From positions 608,001 through 672,000 of the forward strand of contig CAWJPJ010000007.1 of assembly GCA_963844715.1 (NCBI GenBank): 64,000 nucleotides of DNA. Direction: 5' to 3'. The notes beneath the pieces are model-generated. The model was not told the origin of the DNA. It saw only the letters and a program-made list of their open reading frames with translations, and ran no database searches. Positions 63,012 to 64,000 of the stretch are shown piece by piece. Origin of the DNA: an uncultured Phycisphaerales bacterium (lineage in GTDB: Bacteria > Planctomycetota > Phycisphaerae > Tepidisphaerales > Tepidisphaeraceae). Every line of letters begins with the position of its first letter. Within the stretch, counting starts at the first letter, position 1. Made by a program: the position numbers and the translations under genes.

Positions 63012-64000
63012 ATGTCAGTTGCCCAACGGACAAATTTTTTTGGCCTGCTCCCGGGGGAAATGGACAAGATTCTCGCCCAATGGGGCTGGCCCGCGTATCG
63101 CGGACGCCAAGTACGCCAATGGGTTTACGAAAAACTCGTCCTCGACCCCGTGGGGATGAGCAATCTTTCCCAGCTTGATCGCCAAAAACTCGCTGAGGGG
63201 ATCGATCTGGGCATTGCCCAGCTTATCAAAAACCAGATCAGCACGGATGGCACGCAAAAAATCCTCGCCGGGTGGGAGCCGGGCATCGCCGCCGAATCGG
63301 TGATGATCCCCGAGGCGGTGCGGCGGACCGCCTGCGTCAGCTCCCAGGTGGGTTGTCCGGTGGGGTGTAAATTCTGCGCCTTGGGGGTCCTGGGGTTGAA
63401 ATCGAATCTCTCCGCCGAGCGGATCGTACAGCAAATATTTCTGCTGAACCGCCTGCTGAAAAAACGCGGCGACCGCGTCAACCATGTCGTCTTCATGGGA
63501 ATGGGCGAGCCATTGGCCAACTATTCCAATCTGCTGCGCGCCATCCGCATACTTCACGATCCGGAGTGCTTCAACCTGGGGGCAAGAAAGATTACGGTTT
63601 CCACCGTCGGCGTCCCAAGCCGCATGCGGCAGCTTGCCGAGGAAAATCTTCCGTTAAATCTGGCGATCTCCCTTCACGCCCCCGACGAGGATTTGCGAAA
63701 GGAATTGATTCCCTGGGCGGAGCACTTCTCGCTGGGCGAAATTCTGGACGCGGCCCAATATTATTTCGATCGCACCGGCCGGGAGATCACGCTGGAATAT
63801 ATTCTCCTCGCCGGCGTGAACGATTCGCCCGAGCAGGCGAAGCGCCTGGCTCGCATCGCCAAAAAGCTGCGCGCCAACGTCAATCTCATCCGCTACAACG
63901 AGGTGGAGGATCTCCCCTTCGACCGGCCCAAAAGCGAGGCGGTGGTCAATTTCCAAAACGTTCTCCGCCGCGCCGGCGTCAACGCCCACGTCCGCAAAAG
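63012..64000 (+). CDS. rlmN: dual-specificity RNA methyltransferase RlmN (partial; frameshifts near 63060 and 63385)
   Basis: Manual translation: TACVSSQVGCPVGCKFCA; VVFMGMGEPLAN; ITVSTVG; LAISLHAP; VNLIRYN. Confidence 0.93.
   Translation, partial: MSVAQRTNFFGLLPGEMDKILAQWGWPAYRGRQVRQWVYEKLVLDPVGMSNLSQLDRQKLAEGIDLGIAQLIKNQISTDGTQKILAGWEPGIAAESVMIPEAVRRTACVSSQVGCPVGCKFCALGVLGLKSNLSAERIVQQIFLLNRLLKKRGDRVNHVVFMGMGEPLANYSNLLRAIRILHDPECFNLGARKITVSTVGVPSRMRQLAEENLPLNLAISLHAPDEDLRKELIPWAEHFSLGEILDAAQYYFDRTGREITLEYILLAGVNDSPEQAKRLARIAKKLRANVNLIRYNEVEDLPFDRPKSEAVVNFQNVLRRAGVNAHVRK

Overview
A 64-kb, GC-rich bacterial chromosomal segment, mostly housekeeping genes. Gene content (C-terminally extended ECF sigma factors, an HTH-REC regulator, recurrent ATRP/TQP peptides in exported proteins) suggests Planctomycetota, probably Phycisphaerae/Tepidisphaerales (inference). 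Recognised genes: proC, tatA, RluA-family synthase, miaA, hsp20, queG, clpB, xseB-ispA-dxs, leuB, trxB, rnpA-yidD, dnaB, tRNA-His, hisF, hisC-hisB, ppx, hppA, cysE, HU, bioF and rlmN. Over 20 genes, including essential ones, carry single-base frameshifts, best explained by long-read errors; they are reported as joined genes. Most interesting elements: (1) a complete 2.2-kb IS1595-family element (24-bp TIRs, 8-bp TSD) with a HEPN-like passenger, where each TIR supplies the -35 box of an inward promoter; (2) tandem membrane-anchored ECF sigma factors with near-identical sigma2 DNA but different C-terminal domains (VOC-like vs SecD-P1-like); (3) a ppx operon with two atypical thymidylate-kinase-like genes, possibly a polyphosphate system; (4) a toxin-antitoxin islet around a macrodomain gene, with a disabled PIN toxin; (5) frequent leaderless-type promoters, sigma54-like promoters and DnaA boxes upstream of dnaB. 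No CRISPR, rRNA or prophage was seen.
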